The notes beneath the pieces are model-generated. The model saw only the letters and a list, made by a program, of their open reading frames with translations. It ran no database searches and had not been told where the DNA came from. The position numbers were made by a program, and so were the translations under genes. A stretch of 63,761 nt of DNA, the filler included, from Octopus bimaculoides (lineage: Eukaryota), in assembly GCF_001194135.2 (NCBI RefSeq). It is 5 parts of 5 records of this genome, joined end to end, with 100 filler letters (N's around TTAATTAATTAA, not from the genome) between each part and the next. Parts side by side here need not be neighbours in the genome. Positions count along the whole stretch, not along the records: positions 1 to 31,554 come from NC_068984.1; positions 31,655 to 35,652 come from NW_026355898.1; positions 35,753 to 47,371 come from NC_068982.1; 2 more parts are not named here. One strand, 5' to 3'. This document shows positions 24,006 to 37,452 of this stretch, piece after piece. The number at the start of each line of letters is the position of its first letter. Positions within the stretch are counted from its first letter, which is position 1.

Positions 24006-24092
24006 AGAGCATTCCCTGCAGGAGAAAGGGTTGAAGGAAATAGAACCTCAAAGGTTTGCAGTCTTTGGGAGGAAGAATTGGATAAAGTATTC

Positions 24093-24417
24093 AGGCGCAG
24101 GAGTGGCTGTGTGGTAAGTAGCTTGCTTACCAACCACATGGTTCCGGGTTCAGTCCCACTGCGTGGCATCTTGGGCAAGTGTCTTCTCCTATAGCCTCGG
24201 GCTGACCAAAGCCCTGTGAGTGGATTTGGTAGACGGAAACTGAAAGAAGCCCATCGTATATATATATATATATATATATACAGCAATGAATTCCGGGTAG
24301 AGGTANNNNNNNNNNNNNNNNNNNNNNNNNNNNNNNNNNNNNNNNNNNNNNNNNNNNNNNNNNNNNNNNNNNNNNNNNNNNNNNNNNNNNNNNNNNNNNN
24401 NNNNNNNNNNNNNNNNN

Positions 24418-24464
<47 letters not shown>

Positions 24465-24685
24465 TTGTGTGTCTGTGTTTGTCCCCCTAGCATTGCTTGA
24501 CAACCGATGCTGGTGAGTTTATGTCCCCATCACTTAGCAGTTTGGCAAAATAGACTGATGGAATAAGTACTAGGCTTACAAAGAATAAGTCCCGGGGTCA
24601 ATTTCTTCAACTAAAAAGGTGGGGTGGTGCTCCAGCATGGCCGCAGTCAAATGACTGAAACAAGTAAAAGAGTAAAAGAGAGAGA
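24093..24685 (+). mobile_element. SINE family B (young; internal microsatellite broken by an N gap)
   Basis: Near-consensus head and tail. Confidence 0.9.
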
Positions 24686-24789
24686 GTGGGGTCTGGGAGA
24701 TGTGACAACAGAAAATGAGAGAGAGACGGACAGAGAGAAAGAGAAAGAAAGAGACTGTGTATTGAAGGGCTGTGTAGCTTGCTAGGTCA

Positions 24790-25060
24790 GACATAGTAGC
24801 AAACTTCAGGCGTGCAGCTAATTAAGTAGAGACTATTGTAGAAGTAACAGAAAAGGCAGAGAAGAATGTGTGTCAACCATTAAGTGTCTTTGTGAGTCAG
24901 TGGCTGTAGCATAATGGTGAGTGAATATTTGTCTATCTGTTGAATGATGCTGTGTTTTAGATGTGGTCTATAATGTTTGTGCAAGTAGCAGCTGCATTAT
25001 CCAAGCATGTGAGCAGTAAGTCTACTTTGGGTCTAAACAGAGCTTTGTAGGGGGTCGACT
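24790..25060 (-). mobile_element. CR1/Jockey-like RT fragment
   Basis: Minus translation YKALFRPKV / YCSHAW (frameshifted YKAxxRPxMEYCSxIW motif). Confidence 0.6.
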
Positions 25061-25084
25061 ACTGATAAGTGATGAAGTGTTTCT

Positions 25085-25526
25085 TGGCTCTGAAGAAGTA
25101 TAGGTGCAGCAGGGGCTGTGTGGTAAGAAGTTTGCTTCTCAACCACACGATGCTGAGTTCAGTCCCATTGCATGGGTTCTTGGGTAAGTGTCTTCTACTG
25201 CAGCCTTGGGATGACCAAAGCCTTGTGAGTGGATTTGTTTGATAGAAACTAAAAGAAGACATTCTTATTGTGTGTGTGTGTGTGTGAGTGAATGTCTTTG
25301 TACATGTGTTTGTCTCCATCACTGCTTGATAACCAGTGTTGGTGTGTTTACAACCCCATAACTTAGCAGTTCAGCCAAAGAATCCAATAGAATAAATACT
25401 AGGCTTTACTAAAAACAGAAAAAAAAAAATAATAATAAGTACTGGGATTGATTCATTTGACTAAAATTCTTCTGACAGTGCTCCAGTATGGCCACAGTCT
25501 AATGACTGAAACAAGTAAAAGATAAA
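25085..25526 (+). mobile_element. SINE family B (CpG-decayed)
   Basis: Consensus CpGs read TG/CA throughout. Confidence 0.85.
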
Positions 25527-25929
25527 GGATACTGATCTCACATGTGTGTCTCACATATAGAATGTATGGAAATATTCATCAAGGTGAGCTTTTCGAGCTG
25601 CACTTCAGTATATGTGTTTTTATTCGGAATAAAATTCAGCACTGAATATATTCGGGTTATATATTTAATTAATTCAATAATAGGATAAATTCTTATATAA
25701 GATTGTATCCTATTATTGAATTGAATTAATTATATATATATATATATATATATATNNNNNNNNNNNNNNNNNNNNNNNNNNNNNNNNNNNNNNNNNNNNN
25801 NNNNNNNNNNNNNNNNNNNNNNNNNNNNNNNNNNNNNNNNNNNNNNNNNNNNNNNNNNNNNNNNNNNNNNNNNNNNNNNNNNNNNNNNNNNNNNNNNNNN
25901 NNNNNNNNNNNNNNNNNNNNNNNNNNNNN

Positions 25930-25969
<40 letters not shown>

Positions 25970-26389
25970 TATGTGGGCACAGGATGTCATGAAATGTGTA
26001 CAACAACAAAAATACGAAGTACGAGTACATGCAATATGAACTATTTTTCAAACAACGAAAGACACAAATGGAAAACAAGACAAACAACATCAGCTGTTGG
26101 CTGTTTTTCTACTCTCGTATTTCGAGCATTTAACAACAATATATGCTTTCGATAAAACAATTGCTCCTGCAAAGCAAATTAAATTAAATTTTGGATTTTG
26201 CAGAGGGTCAAACTTGGTGACACAAACAGGAAGGGCTGCTAAGCCTAAACAAGGTTGTCGTATGGTTGTTATATTTTTTTGATAATATAATAGGTTAGAT
26301 AGGATGATGTCTATATTAGAATATTACAATAACCAAAAATATGTTGTGCATGTATAGTTATATTATGATCATGAAATTAGCATTAGTTT

Positions 26390-27130
26390 ATCTCACACTT
26401 TCTCTTGGAACCCCTAGGAACCTTTTGCGGAACCATAGGATTCTGGGGAAGCCTGGTTGAGAAACTCTGCTGCACATTATCGAATGCTTTAATGATATCT
26501 AAGGTAATAACACAAGCATCAAAGCTGCAGTTGAGTGCATTGCATATCCTGAGTGATGACTGTGAATACGTCTGCAGAGGGTATGAAAGAGCAACAATCA
26601 TTGCATGTCATTAACGAGATTAGTTTTATTCAACTGGTTAATGATGTGCTAGTTAATGAAGGATTCAGACAGATTGCTTTTGATTCTTAATAAGTTAATT
26701 GGGCCTATAATGAGACAGGGGAGAAATGTCACTGGGGATTTTGAAAAGGAGGGAAACTACAGACTTCTTCTGTAAGTCGGGGAAGTACATCTTGAGTCAA
26801 TGATTGAAGATCTTTGTTAGAATTCAGAATGTATCAGCGAAATGAGTTTTTATTTTTAAACAAATGTGAGATTTTATTTGGGGCCATTTGTTTTTGACAG
26901 AATAACATATTTTATATGTTTATTAAGCTCTCATTATTGATTCTCTGAAATCAGAAATAAAGCAGTTAGAATGAGTGAAAGTCAGGCAAAGAACGGTGAG
27001 AGTTATCCAGCATGGAATTTGATGCAAAGTTCTTAGGAAATAGCCAGGTTTTGTTTGAGAATGATAAGATTACTTCAGACCCATTAATAATTGTAGGAAT
27101 AAATTTAGAACTACCTGCAAAGGTAGTCTG
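26390..27130 (-). mobile_element. CR1-like LINE RT fragment
   Basis: Minus translation ACVITLDIIKAFDNV (LDxxKAFD RT motif); the extension to 27130 is less certain. Confidence 0.65.
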
Positions 27131-27147
27131 CTGTCTTGTTTGACAAA

Positions 27148-27192
<45 letters not shown>

Positions 27193-27744
27193 AAAAAAAA
27201 GCAGCATCAGAAAGGAAATTGGAAAATAGTGATGTTGGTTTAGATTGGAATTAAGGAGTTCATAGAAATTTTAGCTGAATTCTAAAACTGCACACATCTT
27301 AAGAGCAGATGTAATTCTCCCTTCCATTGTCTATGACTTTGAATGGATCTGAGAAAAGCTTATAATCTGTTTAACATTCCTTTCTTTCTAATACTAGTGT
27401 TCTCAAGGTTAATTTAATTTGTGAAAACATCAGAAGATAGAAAAAAAAAGGGGGGGGGGAAGGAGCTGGAGTGATTTATTTAGGATTATCATTAACTTTA
27501 TAATTACATTAAATTTTGGTTTCTGTATTTAGATTAATTATTTTCTATTCATTTGAAACCAGGAAGCATCTTGAACGTAATTTGCTCAGCTTTATGATTT
27601 ACTAGTTTTTACGAATGAGACTGTAAAAGTTTAAAAGTATTGAATTAAAAATACTACTTCATATAATTATTATTTGTGGGGAAATTTGCTTTGACTTAGT
27701 GTTAGGACTCATAAAGCTGGAGTTTAACTTGGTTTCCATGGTAC

Positions 27745-28400
27745 ATAAGTGATTGAGATTACAACAATCCCTCTCCTCCCATATGAGATGCCAGTCCCCC
27801 ACAGATTTCACTTCCCAACTATTGCTGGAAAACTCATTCATAATTGAATGAACTGGAGCAAGGTGAAATGATATGTCTTGCTCAAGAATATAATGCAGTG
27901 CCCAGTTGGTGAATCAAAACCACAATCTTATAACTGTGAATGCCAGGGCTGGATTAAGACTTATAAAGGCCCTAATTGCTTAAAAGATTTTGTTGTCCCA
28001 TATATGTATAATTCAAAATATAAACAATAATAAGTGATAAGATAAATTTTTATTTTTCAAAGTGAAACAAAACTAACAGTAAAATGGAAAATAATATTTA
28101 TTTTTGTATACTTCCAGTTTATATTTTAAACATTTTCTCCAATTTTTTTTATTGTAAAGTCTTTGACTAGATCCTCGCTATGACACCATGAACACTCCAG
28201 AATTATATTTCTGATCATATAAACCACTTCAAATATTATTTTATCAAGTTTAAAGTGATTTCTTTTGTGCTGTAAACCATTTACTATTTCTGTGGCACCT
28301 TCCTTCTCTTGATGCCCTAAGAACGTGTTATTTTGCTTAATGGTTAATCCAGCTCTAGTGAATGCAACACCCTAACCACTAGACCATGTGCCTTCACAAA
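27745..28400 (-). mobile_element. SINE family C interrupted by a hAT MITE
   Basis: Body at 27745-27943, head resumes at 28366-28400. Confidence 0.75.
27944..28357. mobile_element. hAT-type MITE
   Basis: 14-bp TIR CAGGGCTGGATTAA / TTAATCCAGCTCTA (12/14), perfect 8-bp TSD GTGAATGC at 27936-27943 and 28358-28365. Confidence 0.9.
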
Positions 28401-29329
28401 GTCTCAGAGAAGTAAAATTCTTGGAAGGAGGATATTGGTTGAGCTTCTGATGCAGAATCTAAGAAATGAGGCATTGTGGATGAGAGTGAGAGATGGGTAA
28501 ATTTAAGTGGCTCACTTAATGTAGCATGGAACAACCAATTTCATCAGAAGCAGAAGTTGATGTTGCTGTTATAAACTGGGAATAGAGGGGGCTACAGTTT
28601 GATGGGGAATCAGAAATTTAATATAGTTTATAATGAAGGACTTACTTATTAACATTTATTATTATGCTTATAAAGAAGGGCAACAGCTAGCAGAAATGGC
28701 AAAGTGTTAGATAGATATTTGTGGTATTTAGATGTGTCTCTACCACCACTGCCATCATTACCAATGTAGGCACATACCTTAACCACTTCTGCTGCCAACC
28801 TATAGCTAACCATCTACCATTGTCCCTGCAATGATTTCTACAAACATTGGTTATACTATTTTGGGGGAGCTGTTGTTGCTACATTTGTCTTTTGCCACTG
28901 CTACCCTTATATGGAGAAAATGGTGTCACTAGCTGCATAGCAATCAACATGGCAGAATCTACATAGACTTACATTTCTAAGTTCAACTGATAAATAATCC
29001 AGTAATTTGCACAATTCTTTGCTATTCAAAATTCTGTTGTATACTCATTGAATATTTGCTAATTACTCATTTTCTATGCTGATATTTAAATAAAATTGAA
29101 ATAGTTTCATATTTTGTTGAATTTACTTGTGTTTACCTATAATTAGATTTGCTTTGAGACTAAAACTACGAAACAGATTTGGTGAAGAACCTTTTGTAAA
29201 TTGTGATCCAAAAATCACGTTAATACGGTGACAAATAAAGAGAGTTGCTTTATTAAACCAGTCTAAATACACAATTATTTTAGAATTTAATTGAAACACA
29301 TAAGGAGTTTATTTTAGTTAGAAATATAT

Positions 29330-29566
29330 TTATTTATTTTTTGCCCACAGGGGGCTAAACATAGAAGGGACAAACAAGGACAGACAAAGAGAATAAGTCA
29401 ATTACATCAACCCCAGTGCATAACTGGTACTTATTTAATTTGACTCCGAAAGGATGAAAGGCAAAGTTGATCTCAGCAGAATTTGAACTCAGAACATAAT
29501 GGCAGACAAAATACTGCTAAGCATTTCACCCGGCATGCTAATGATTCTGCCAGCTCGCCGTCTTTA
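29330..29566 (-). mobile_element. SINE family A variant 1
   Basis: Aligns with 8461-8688. Confidence 0.88.
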
Positions 29567-29670
29567 GCTAGAAATATATTAACACAATGGTTAAGCTGTT
29601 CACTTCCGATGATGGTCCTTTGAGCCTGAAATATCTAAAGATTACTTATCTTGTACCCTTACATAGCAAA

Positions 29671-30064
29671 GGAGGCGCAATGGCCCAGTGGTTAGAGCAG
29701 TGGACTCGCGGTCATAGGATCGCAATTTCGATTCCCGGACCAGGTGTTGTGAGTGTTTATTGAGCAAAATCACCTAAAGGTCCACGATGCTCCGGCAGGG
29801 GATGGTGGCGAACCCTGCTGTACTCTTTCACCACAACTTTCTCTCGCTCTTACTTCCTGTTTCTGTTGTGCCTGTAATTCAAAGGGTCAGCCTTGTCACA
29901 CTCTGTGTCACGCTGAATATCCCCGAGAACTACGTTAAGGGTACACGTGTCTGTGGAGTGCTCAGCCACTTGCACGTTAATTTCATGAGCAGGCTGTTCC
30001 GTTGATCGGATCAACTGGAACCCTCGAGGTCGTAAGTGACGGAGTGCCAACAACAACAACAACA
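29671..30064 (+). mobile_element. tRNA-derived SINE family D, full length
   Basis: A-box TGGCCCAGTGG, B-box-like TTTCGATTCC, (CAA)n tail, 10-bp TSD ACATAGCAAA at 29661-29670 and 30065-30074. Confidence 0.92.
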
Positions 30065-30588
30065 ACATAGCAAAAGCATTATATGAAGCTCTCTGTCTGC
30101 ACCATCTGTTGTTCTTACATCTGTTTCACAATGTTTCAAACCAATTACAATGTTCTCCTTCCATGTCTTTACATATATTCTGAGTTAAAATCCTGCTGTC
30201 ATTGACTTTGTCTGTCATTCTTCCTAGGTTTGATAGAACAACTGCCAGTGAAGTACTGGGGTTGATTCAATTGACTATACCCTCCTGTAAATTTGAAGTC
30301 TAGTGGCTATGTTAAAAATCAATACAATTCCTACAGACAAGGGTAATTAATATTAGAATTACAAGAACATCAGACATTATTTAATTATGTCTTTTAGATA
30401 CTGGGTTCAAATCCTCTGTGGCTAAATCTACCTTTTATTCTCCTGGGGTTTATAAATAATTTTTCATAATATACTGAGAATTAATTCAATTTACTACATT
30501 TCAATAAATTCATGGCTGTCTACCAATTTAAGAATGTTGCAAATCAATATCATGTTAACAGAGTCAAGTGCATAATTCCAAACTCCAT

Positions 30589-30589
<1 letters not shown>

Positions 30590-30685
<96 letters not shown>

Positions 30686-30825
30686 ACACACAGACACACA
30701 GACACACAGACACAGACACAGACACACACACACAGACACACACACGGACACATGGACGCATGCTTGCACACATATGTACTACACATACGCACATGCACAC
30801 GTACACATACACATACACACATTCA
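30590..30825. repeat. (CA)n/(CAGA) microsatellite
   Basis: Direct reading. Confidence 0.95.
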
Positions 30826-31309
30826 GAACTCAACTAATACGCACAAAACATCCGCAGACATCCACTTGGAACGAACTGTTTCGGACAGATTTCAAGAGTT
30901 GATTATCTTTATTAAAATCAATTATAAGATGAGCAATGATGTATGTTATCAAGTCTGTCATAATATTTTTAATTACATGTTTCATCTTGTGACAGAGACG
31001 AATGAATTATCAAGTTTTGTTTTTTTAAAACTGTTAAACTCCATTAGCCAACAAATCAACTGATAGATAGCCCACCAAAGAGACCTCCTACCATGAAGCC
31101 AAGACATGGTAGAGTACATCATATTTCTTTTTCATTTCTTGGGAAACCTTCCATGACCATAATTTTAATGAAATGCACTGCTTATGTGTTTCAATTAATT
31201 CTAAATATAATTAAAAAATTGCAGTGTTTTAGTAAAATATATAATCTATTCATTAAGATGGTGTCTTGAATATAGCTTAACAAGATGTTCTTATATCTTT
31301 CATTATTTG

Positions 31310-31535
31310 TCTTTTACTTGTTTCAGTCATTAGGTTGTGGCCATGCTGGAGTACTTCCTTGAAGAACTTTTGAATGAATGAACTAACCCTAGTATTTATT
31401 TGTTTTTGTTAAACCTGGTACTTTTTCTGCCAGTGTCTTTTGCTGAACGACCAAGTTATGGGGACATAAACACACCAACACCAGTTGTCAAGTGGCAGTT
31501 GGGGACAAAGACAGACATTATAATGCACACACAAA
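31310..31535 (-). mobile_element. SINE family B 3' half ending at a scaffold edge
   Basis: Tail and body present, then (AT)n and the spacer. Confidence 0.8.
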
Positions 31536-31554
31536 TATATATATATATATATAT

Positions 31555-31654
31555 NNNNNNNNNNNNNNNNNNNNNNNNNNNNNNNNNNNNNNNNNNNNTT
31601 AATTAATTAANNNNNNNNNNNNNNNNNNNNNNNNNNNNNNNNNNNNNNNNNNNN
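31555..31654. other. Synthetic scaffold-join spacer
   Basis: 44 N + TTAATTAATTAA + 44 N = 100 bp. Confidence 0.95.
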
Positions 31655-31994
31655 CGCAAACTTTGTTCCCGAGCCACTGGTCGGGAAATAAAGATAGCCT
31701 GAATGTAGGGTCTGAGAACAGAAACAATCCCTATAACAATCGATGCTTCGGAAAAGATAATAAAAAACAAAACAAAAAAGAAAAAAAAAACCCAGAAAAA
31801 CAAAAGCAAAGAAAAAACGAAAAAGCCCCCAAAACAAGCAAACAAAGCATGTAGGCTAAAGCCACAGGAAACACTGTACACAAATTAACGTCGAGTGATA
31901 TAGTAAAAATAGCAAAACCAAAACAAAACTGCACATCTCCAAGGCACACAGTGTTACGCTCAGTAATGCAGTGAAAACATGCAAAATAAGACAG

Positions 31995-32199
31995 CTGAGT
32001 AGTAGTAGTAGTGGTGGTGGTGGTGGTGGTGGTAGTAGTAGTAGTTGTAGTAGTAGTAGTAGTGGTAGTGGTAGTGGTAGTGGTGGTGGTGGTGGTGATG
32101 GTGGTAGTAGTAGTAGTAGTGGTAGTGGTAGTGGTGGTGGTGGTGGTGATGTTGGTAGTAGTAGTAGTTGTAGTAGTAGTAGTAGTGGTAGTGGTAGTG
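31995..32199. repeat. (AGT)/(GGT) mixed trinucleotide array
   Basis: Direct reading; runs into an 870-N gap. Confidence 0.9.
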
Positions 32200-33288
32200 N
32201 NNNNNNNNNNNNNNNNNNNNNNNNNNNNNNNNNNNNNNNNNNNNNNNNNNNNNNNNNNNNNNNNNNNNNNNNNNNNNNNNNNNNNNNNNNNNNNNNNNNN
32301 NNNNNNNNNNNNNNNNNNNNNNNNNNNNNNNNNNNNNNNNNNNNNNNNNNNNNNNNNNNNNNNNNNNNNNNNNNNNNNNNNNNNNNNNNNNNNNNNNNNN
32401 NNNNNNNNNNNNNNNNNNNNNNNNNNNNNNNNNNNNNNNNNNNNNNNNNNNNNNNNNNNNNNNNNNNNNNNNNNNNNNNNNNNNNNNNNNNNNNNNNNNN
32501 NNNNNNNNNNNNNNNNNNNNNNNNNNNNNNNNNNNNNNNNNNNNNNNNNNNNNNNNNNNNNNNNNNNNNNNNNNNNNNNNNNNNNNNNNNNNNNNNNNNN
32601 NNNNNNNNNNNNNNNNNNNNNNNNNNNNNNNNNNNNNNNNNNNNNNNNNNNNNNNNNNNNNNNNNNNNNNNNNNNNNNNNNNNNNNNNNNNNNNNNNNNN
32701 NNNNNNNNNNNNNNNNNNNNNNNNNNNNNNNNNNNNNNNNNNNNNNNNNNNNNNNNNNNNNNNNNNNNNNNNNNNNNNNNNNNNNNNNNNNNNNNNNNNN
32801 NNNNNNNNNNNNNNNNNNNNNNNNNNNNNNNNNNNNNNNNNNNNNNNNNNNNNNNNNNNNNNNNNNNNNNNNNNNNNNNNNNNNNNNNNNNNNNNNNNNN
32901 NNNNNNNNNNNNNNNNNNNNNNNNNNNNNNNNNNNNNNNNNNNNNNNNNNNNNNNNNNNNNNNNNNNNNNNNNNNNNNNNNNNNNNNNNNNNNNNNNNNN
33001 NNNNNNNNNNNNNNNNNNNNNNNNNNNNNNNNNNNNNNNNNNNNNNNNNNNNNNNNNNNNNNNNNNNNNAGTGGTGATGATGATAATGATAATGATAATG
33101 AGGAGGAAGAGTAGGTTGCGGTGGGGAGCGAAACTTATTTCAATTGTAATTATTAATTTACCGCAGAAAGTTTAAATTCCCTCGTTGGCACAATTCCACG
33201 AATTCATGGTGGGAGAAACAAGTCGTTTGAACCGATCCTAGTTTATTTAACGATACTGTTTATCGCCGTCTTACCTTGTCACCAGAAC

Positions 33289-33327
<39 letters not shown>

Positions 33328-33653
33328 TTTTACACATTCATCCACCCATCCACGCCTACAAGGTGAAAAAATCATGGAAAAAAAATCGAAAAGGGGGAAA
33401 AAAGAAAAAGAAAAAGAAGACGAAGAAGAGGAGAAAGACAAAGAAGAAAAGAAAGAGAAAGAAAAGTCCTTCGACTTTGAAAGTGGATGGACGCCGGAAT
33501 AATCTTTGATCATGGCGACCAGCATAAGTATCGTATGAACGCGTGCAACAGAGTAGATCAAAGATGTGCTTTAATGACTGCCCGACGAGCTGTCGTGCCG
33601 TTGCTAATTGTTGCGTAGACTGAGAAGGGATGGTGCGATATGCATGCATGCAT

Positions 33654-33688
<35 letters not shown>

Positions 33689-34132
33689 TACATACATACA
33701 TACATGCATGCATGCATGCATTCATTCACACACATACATACATACATACATACATACATACATACAAACAAACATTAATACTATGTATGTATGTATATAT
33801 ATATATATATATATATACACTCATGCGTCTATTTGCATATACATACATACGTACGCTCATACATTCATACACGCTTCTATCCATCAATCAAGCCATCCAT
33901 CCAGCTAGTCACCCAAGTATATATGCATATATACTCTCCCAGATTCACACATAGACGTATGTGTGCGCACGCATGTGTAAGTATATGTATAAAAGTAGAT
34001 GATCACATATATGAGCATATATGTATATCTACAGATGCTTGTATGTATCTGTGTACGTGTTTGTGTATGTGTGTGTGTTTGTATACTCAGTTTGTATTCG
34101 TGCATACATCTCCTAAATATATGCCCATAATT

Positions 34133-34192
<60 letters not shown>

Positions 34193-34654
34193 NNNNNNNN
34201 NNNNNNNNNNNNNNNNNNNNNNNNNNNNNNNNNNNNNNNNNNNNNNNNNNNNNNNNNNNNNNNNNNNNNNNNNNNNNNNNNNNNNNNNNNNNNNNNNNNN
34301 NNNNNNNNNNNNNNNNNNNNNNNNNNNNNNNNNNNNNNNNNNNNNNNNNNNNNNNNNNNNNNNNNNNNNNNNNNNNNNNNNNNNNNNNNNNNNNNNNNNN
34401 NNNNNNNNNNNNNNNNNNNNNNNNNNNNNNNNNNNNNNNNNNNNNNNNNNNNNNNNNNNNNNNNNNNNNNNNNNNNNNNNNNNNNNNNNNNNNNNNNNNN
34501 NNNNNNNNNNNNNNNNNNNNNNNNNNNNNNNNNNNNNNNNNNNNNNNNNNNNNNNNNNNNNNNNNNNNNNNNNNNNNNNNNNNNNNNNNNNNNNNNNNNN
34601 NNNNNNNNNNNNNNNNNNNNNNNNNNNNNNNNNNNNNNNNNNNNNNNNNNNNAA

Positions 34655-34960
34655 ATTTTGTATTCGAAAAAATTGTCTTATTTCGATAATTTCAACCAAT
34701 CACTGACAAGTATTCAGCTGTTTACAGTTACTCTTTTGGCAGTTTAAGCGGTTCCTTTGGCAGTTTAAGCGGTGTAAAGCGGCTGAATGGACGTCAGTCA
34801 TTGGTTGAAATTACAGAAATACGACAACTTTAACATGAAATAAGTTGCAATATAATAATTTTTCTTAAGAAGACTAAGAGAAAAAGATGTTTTATATGAC
34901 ACATTCTACCAGTGTCGCAAGTTTCAAAGTGTTTCGTTAAGAAAATACTGGCGCCCCCGT
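34655..34960. mobile_element. Probable non-autonomous DNA element with internal hairpin
   Basis: 21-bp inverted repeat 34687-34707 / 34793-34813 (20/21) enclosing the direct repeat ttggcagtttaagcgg x2. Confidence 0.45.
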
Positions 34961-35009
34961 TTTGAACTAGATCCCATACTTACATACATACATACATACA
35001 TATATTTAA

Positions 35010-35651
35010 AAAAGTAAATATGCGAAGTATTATTACTGTTAAAAACAGTAATAATGAGGCAGTTAGCAAGTCTTCTACCTAAACAGGTATAATATAAAAT
35101 ATTTGAAGAAAAGAAGGGTAAAAATACCGCTTGCTAAAAATCAAAGCAAAAGCTTTAAAAAACCCACCAATTCTACGATAAATAAACACACGAGCAATGT
35201 AATGAACATTTTAAAAAATAGGCTTGAATATGAAGGCAGCTAATATGAATATGAAGGCAGCTAATACATATCCCAATATCAATTAATTTCATGCTGTGCA
35301 TGAGAAACATGCTTTGCAATCCTCAGTTGGAAATAGCATTTGACATCTATTTCTAAAATATTCATTACGTCAACTCGTGTGCGTTTCTAACTTTAAACGT
35401 CCCGGTCCGTTTATCGTAAACAATAAAAATGTAAATATGTGAAGTATTTTTACTGTTCAAAACGGTAATAATGAGGTGGCTAGCAAGACTTCTACCTAAA
35501 CAGGTATAATATAAAATATTTGAAGAAAAGAAGGGTAAAGATACCGCTTATTAAAAATCAAAGCGAAAGCTTCAAAAACCATCAATTCTACGATAAATAC
35601 ACGGCATGAAATCAATTGATATTGGGATATGTATTAGCTGCCTTTATATTC
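35010..35651. repeat. Local direct duplication plus 52-bp inverted repeat
   Basis: 35012-35190 is similar to 35430-35602; 35247-35298 is the reverse complement of 35600-35651 (49/52). Confidence 0.85.
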
Positions 35652-35652
35652 C

Positions 35653-35752
35653 NNNNNNNNNNNNNNNNNNNNNNNNNNNNNNNNNNNNNNNNNNNNTTAA
35701 TTAATTAANNNNNNNNNNNNNNNNNNNNNNNNNNNNNNNNNNNNNNNNNNNN
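35653..35752. other. Synthetic scaffold-join spacer
   Basis: 44 N + TTAATTAATTAA + 44 N. Confidence 0.95.
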
Positions 35753-35832
<80 letters not shown>

Positions 35833-37399
35833 CCGATATGTATATATATATATTTGTATACACACACACACACATATATATATATATGAATGTATATGCA
35901 TATATATAATATACACACACTATATATACATGTGCACATCTATATAAGCATATATATATACACACACATATACATACACACGCACACACAAATTTATGTG
36001 TGTATATGCCAAAGAGTAACATTTTCAAGTTATGAGGAAAAAAGTTCAACAATTCACCATCTTACATATAAAATGAAGCAGGATCGAGCTGTTGAGAGAT
36101 ATATTGCATTCTAGGTTAGCACATTGCATTTCAAATCAGTTAGGCTACAGTACAAACGATGTATACGTGTCTAAATGTTGTTGCAGTTGATTATTTACAA
36201 GCCTAAAATCTTAATTAAAATGTTAACATCCATTCTATTTTAAATTAATTTATTGTTTTAAGATTTAAGCAAAGAGAATTCACTCTTAGTTATAATCAAA
36301 CACTAATTATCAAAATTCTTGTATAAGTAAGCGTTTGTGTATTTTGATAGCAACAATGCAGATATTCTTCCTGAAGGCCCAATGGCAGTCCTCCAAAATG
36401 CAGGTGTCTAGGACCCTTGTTTGTAAAAGTTCTTCAACTCTGATTTAATGACATTTCATGAATGAGGTCCAGGTTTAGTTGAGGTCCAGGTTTAGATCAT
36501 ATCTCAATATGAATTTCCTAATATCTGATAAGCATTTCTACTAATTCAGTGATATAGGTATAAACACTATCACACGTATTTCTTCTCTTTCTTTCTTTTT
36601 CGTTGCCTGTTTGAATTATATAGGCTGTTGTTCAAAGAGATTCCAAAACGTTTGGAAATGATCTCCTTTCCTTATTTAGTTAGTTGTATGTCAGCCTTGA
36701 TCAATGACATCTGTAATCAAATGCATGCTAGCCGGGAACATATCGTCTTATTTTACCCAAGTCACAATAGTGTGCAATGTACTCGTTTTCAAAATTGCAG
36801 AACGTGATTTGAGGGATATTTTTGGCATTTATTTCTAGCAAATTGTGTGACCATACTAATGCTTACTTACTAATTGTCATGGAATAACACTTAATTTGAA
36901 AAAAAGAGTGAATTTATACACGTGCTGTTGAAGTACAACCATACCATTATGGCATTAACTGCAGTGATCAATATAAGCTATCTTACCTAAACTTTCCATT
37001 TAGGAACTAATGATGTTCTATAGGAGCACAGGGATGTCTGATAATCACGACGCCAAGAATTTAGGAAAAAAATTAACGTTATTTTCTATGTAGATTTCAA
37101 GAAATTGTTTTATGTCAGCAATTAACACATTCTATTTGATAATTTGGTTTTTGAGATAACGAAATGTTGAAATATTGGACTCCTATGAGAATCTTTTGTA
37201 TACTACGTTTCGATATATTTCATCCATTCTTGAAAAGATTTTCTTTAATGAAGTAGATGTAGTTAATGATTGATATTATTTTGATTCTCTAGTGGCAAGC
37301 AGTTGAGACAACTCCTAGCAGATTTCAGTTTTACTCTGGTCTCATCAACAAAAAATAACTTCACCAACTTTGCTGATGTATTGTCTAAAGAATCACTAA

Positions 37400-37452
<53 letters not shown>

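Noticed and set aside
29585-29630. Hammerhead-like ccgatgatgg...cctgaaatatc
   Set aside because: The core is mutated (CCGAUGA) and no stem I can be formed; at most a decayed relic.
31599-31610. TTAATTAATTAA as a biological repeated motif
   Set aside because: It is always centred in exactly 44+44 N; an assembly linker.
33374-33502. 42-aa Lys/Glu-rich ORF
   Set aside because: Low-complexity purine tract with no supporting splice or domain evidence.
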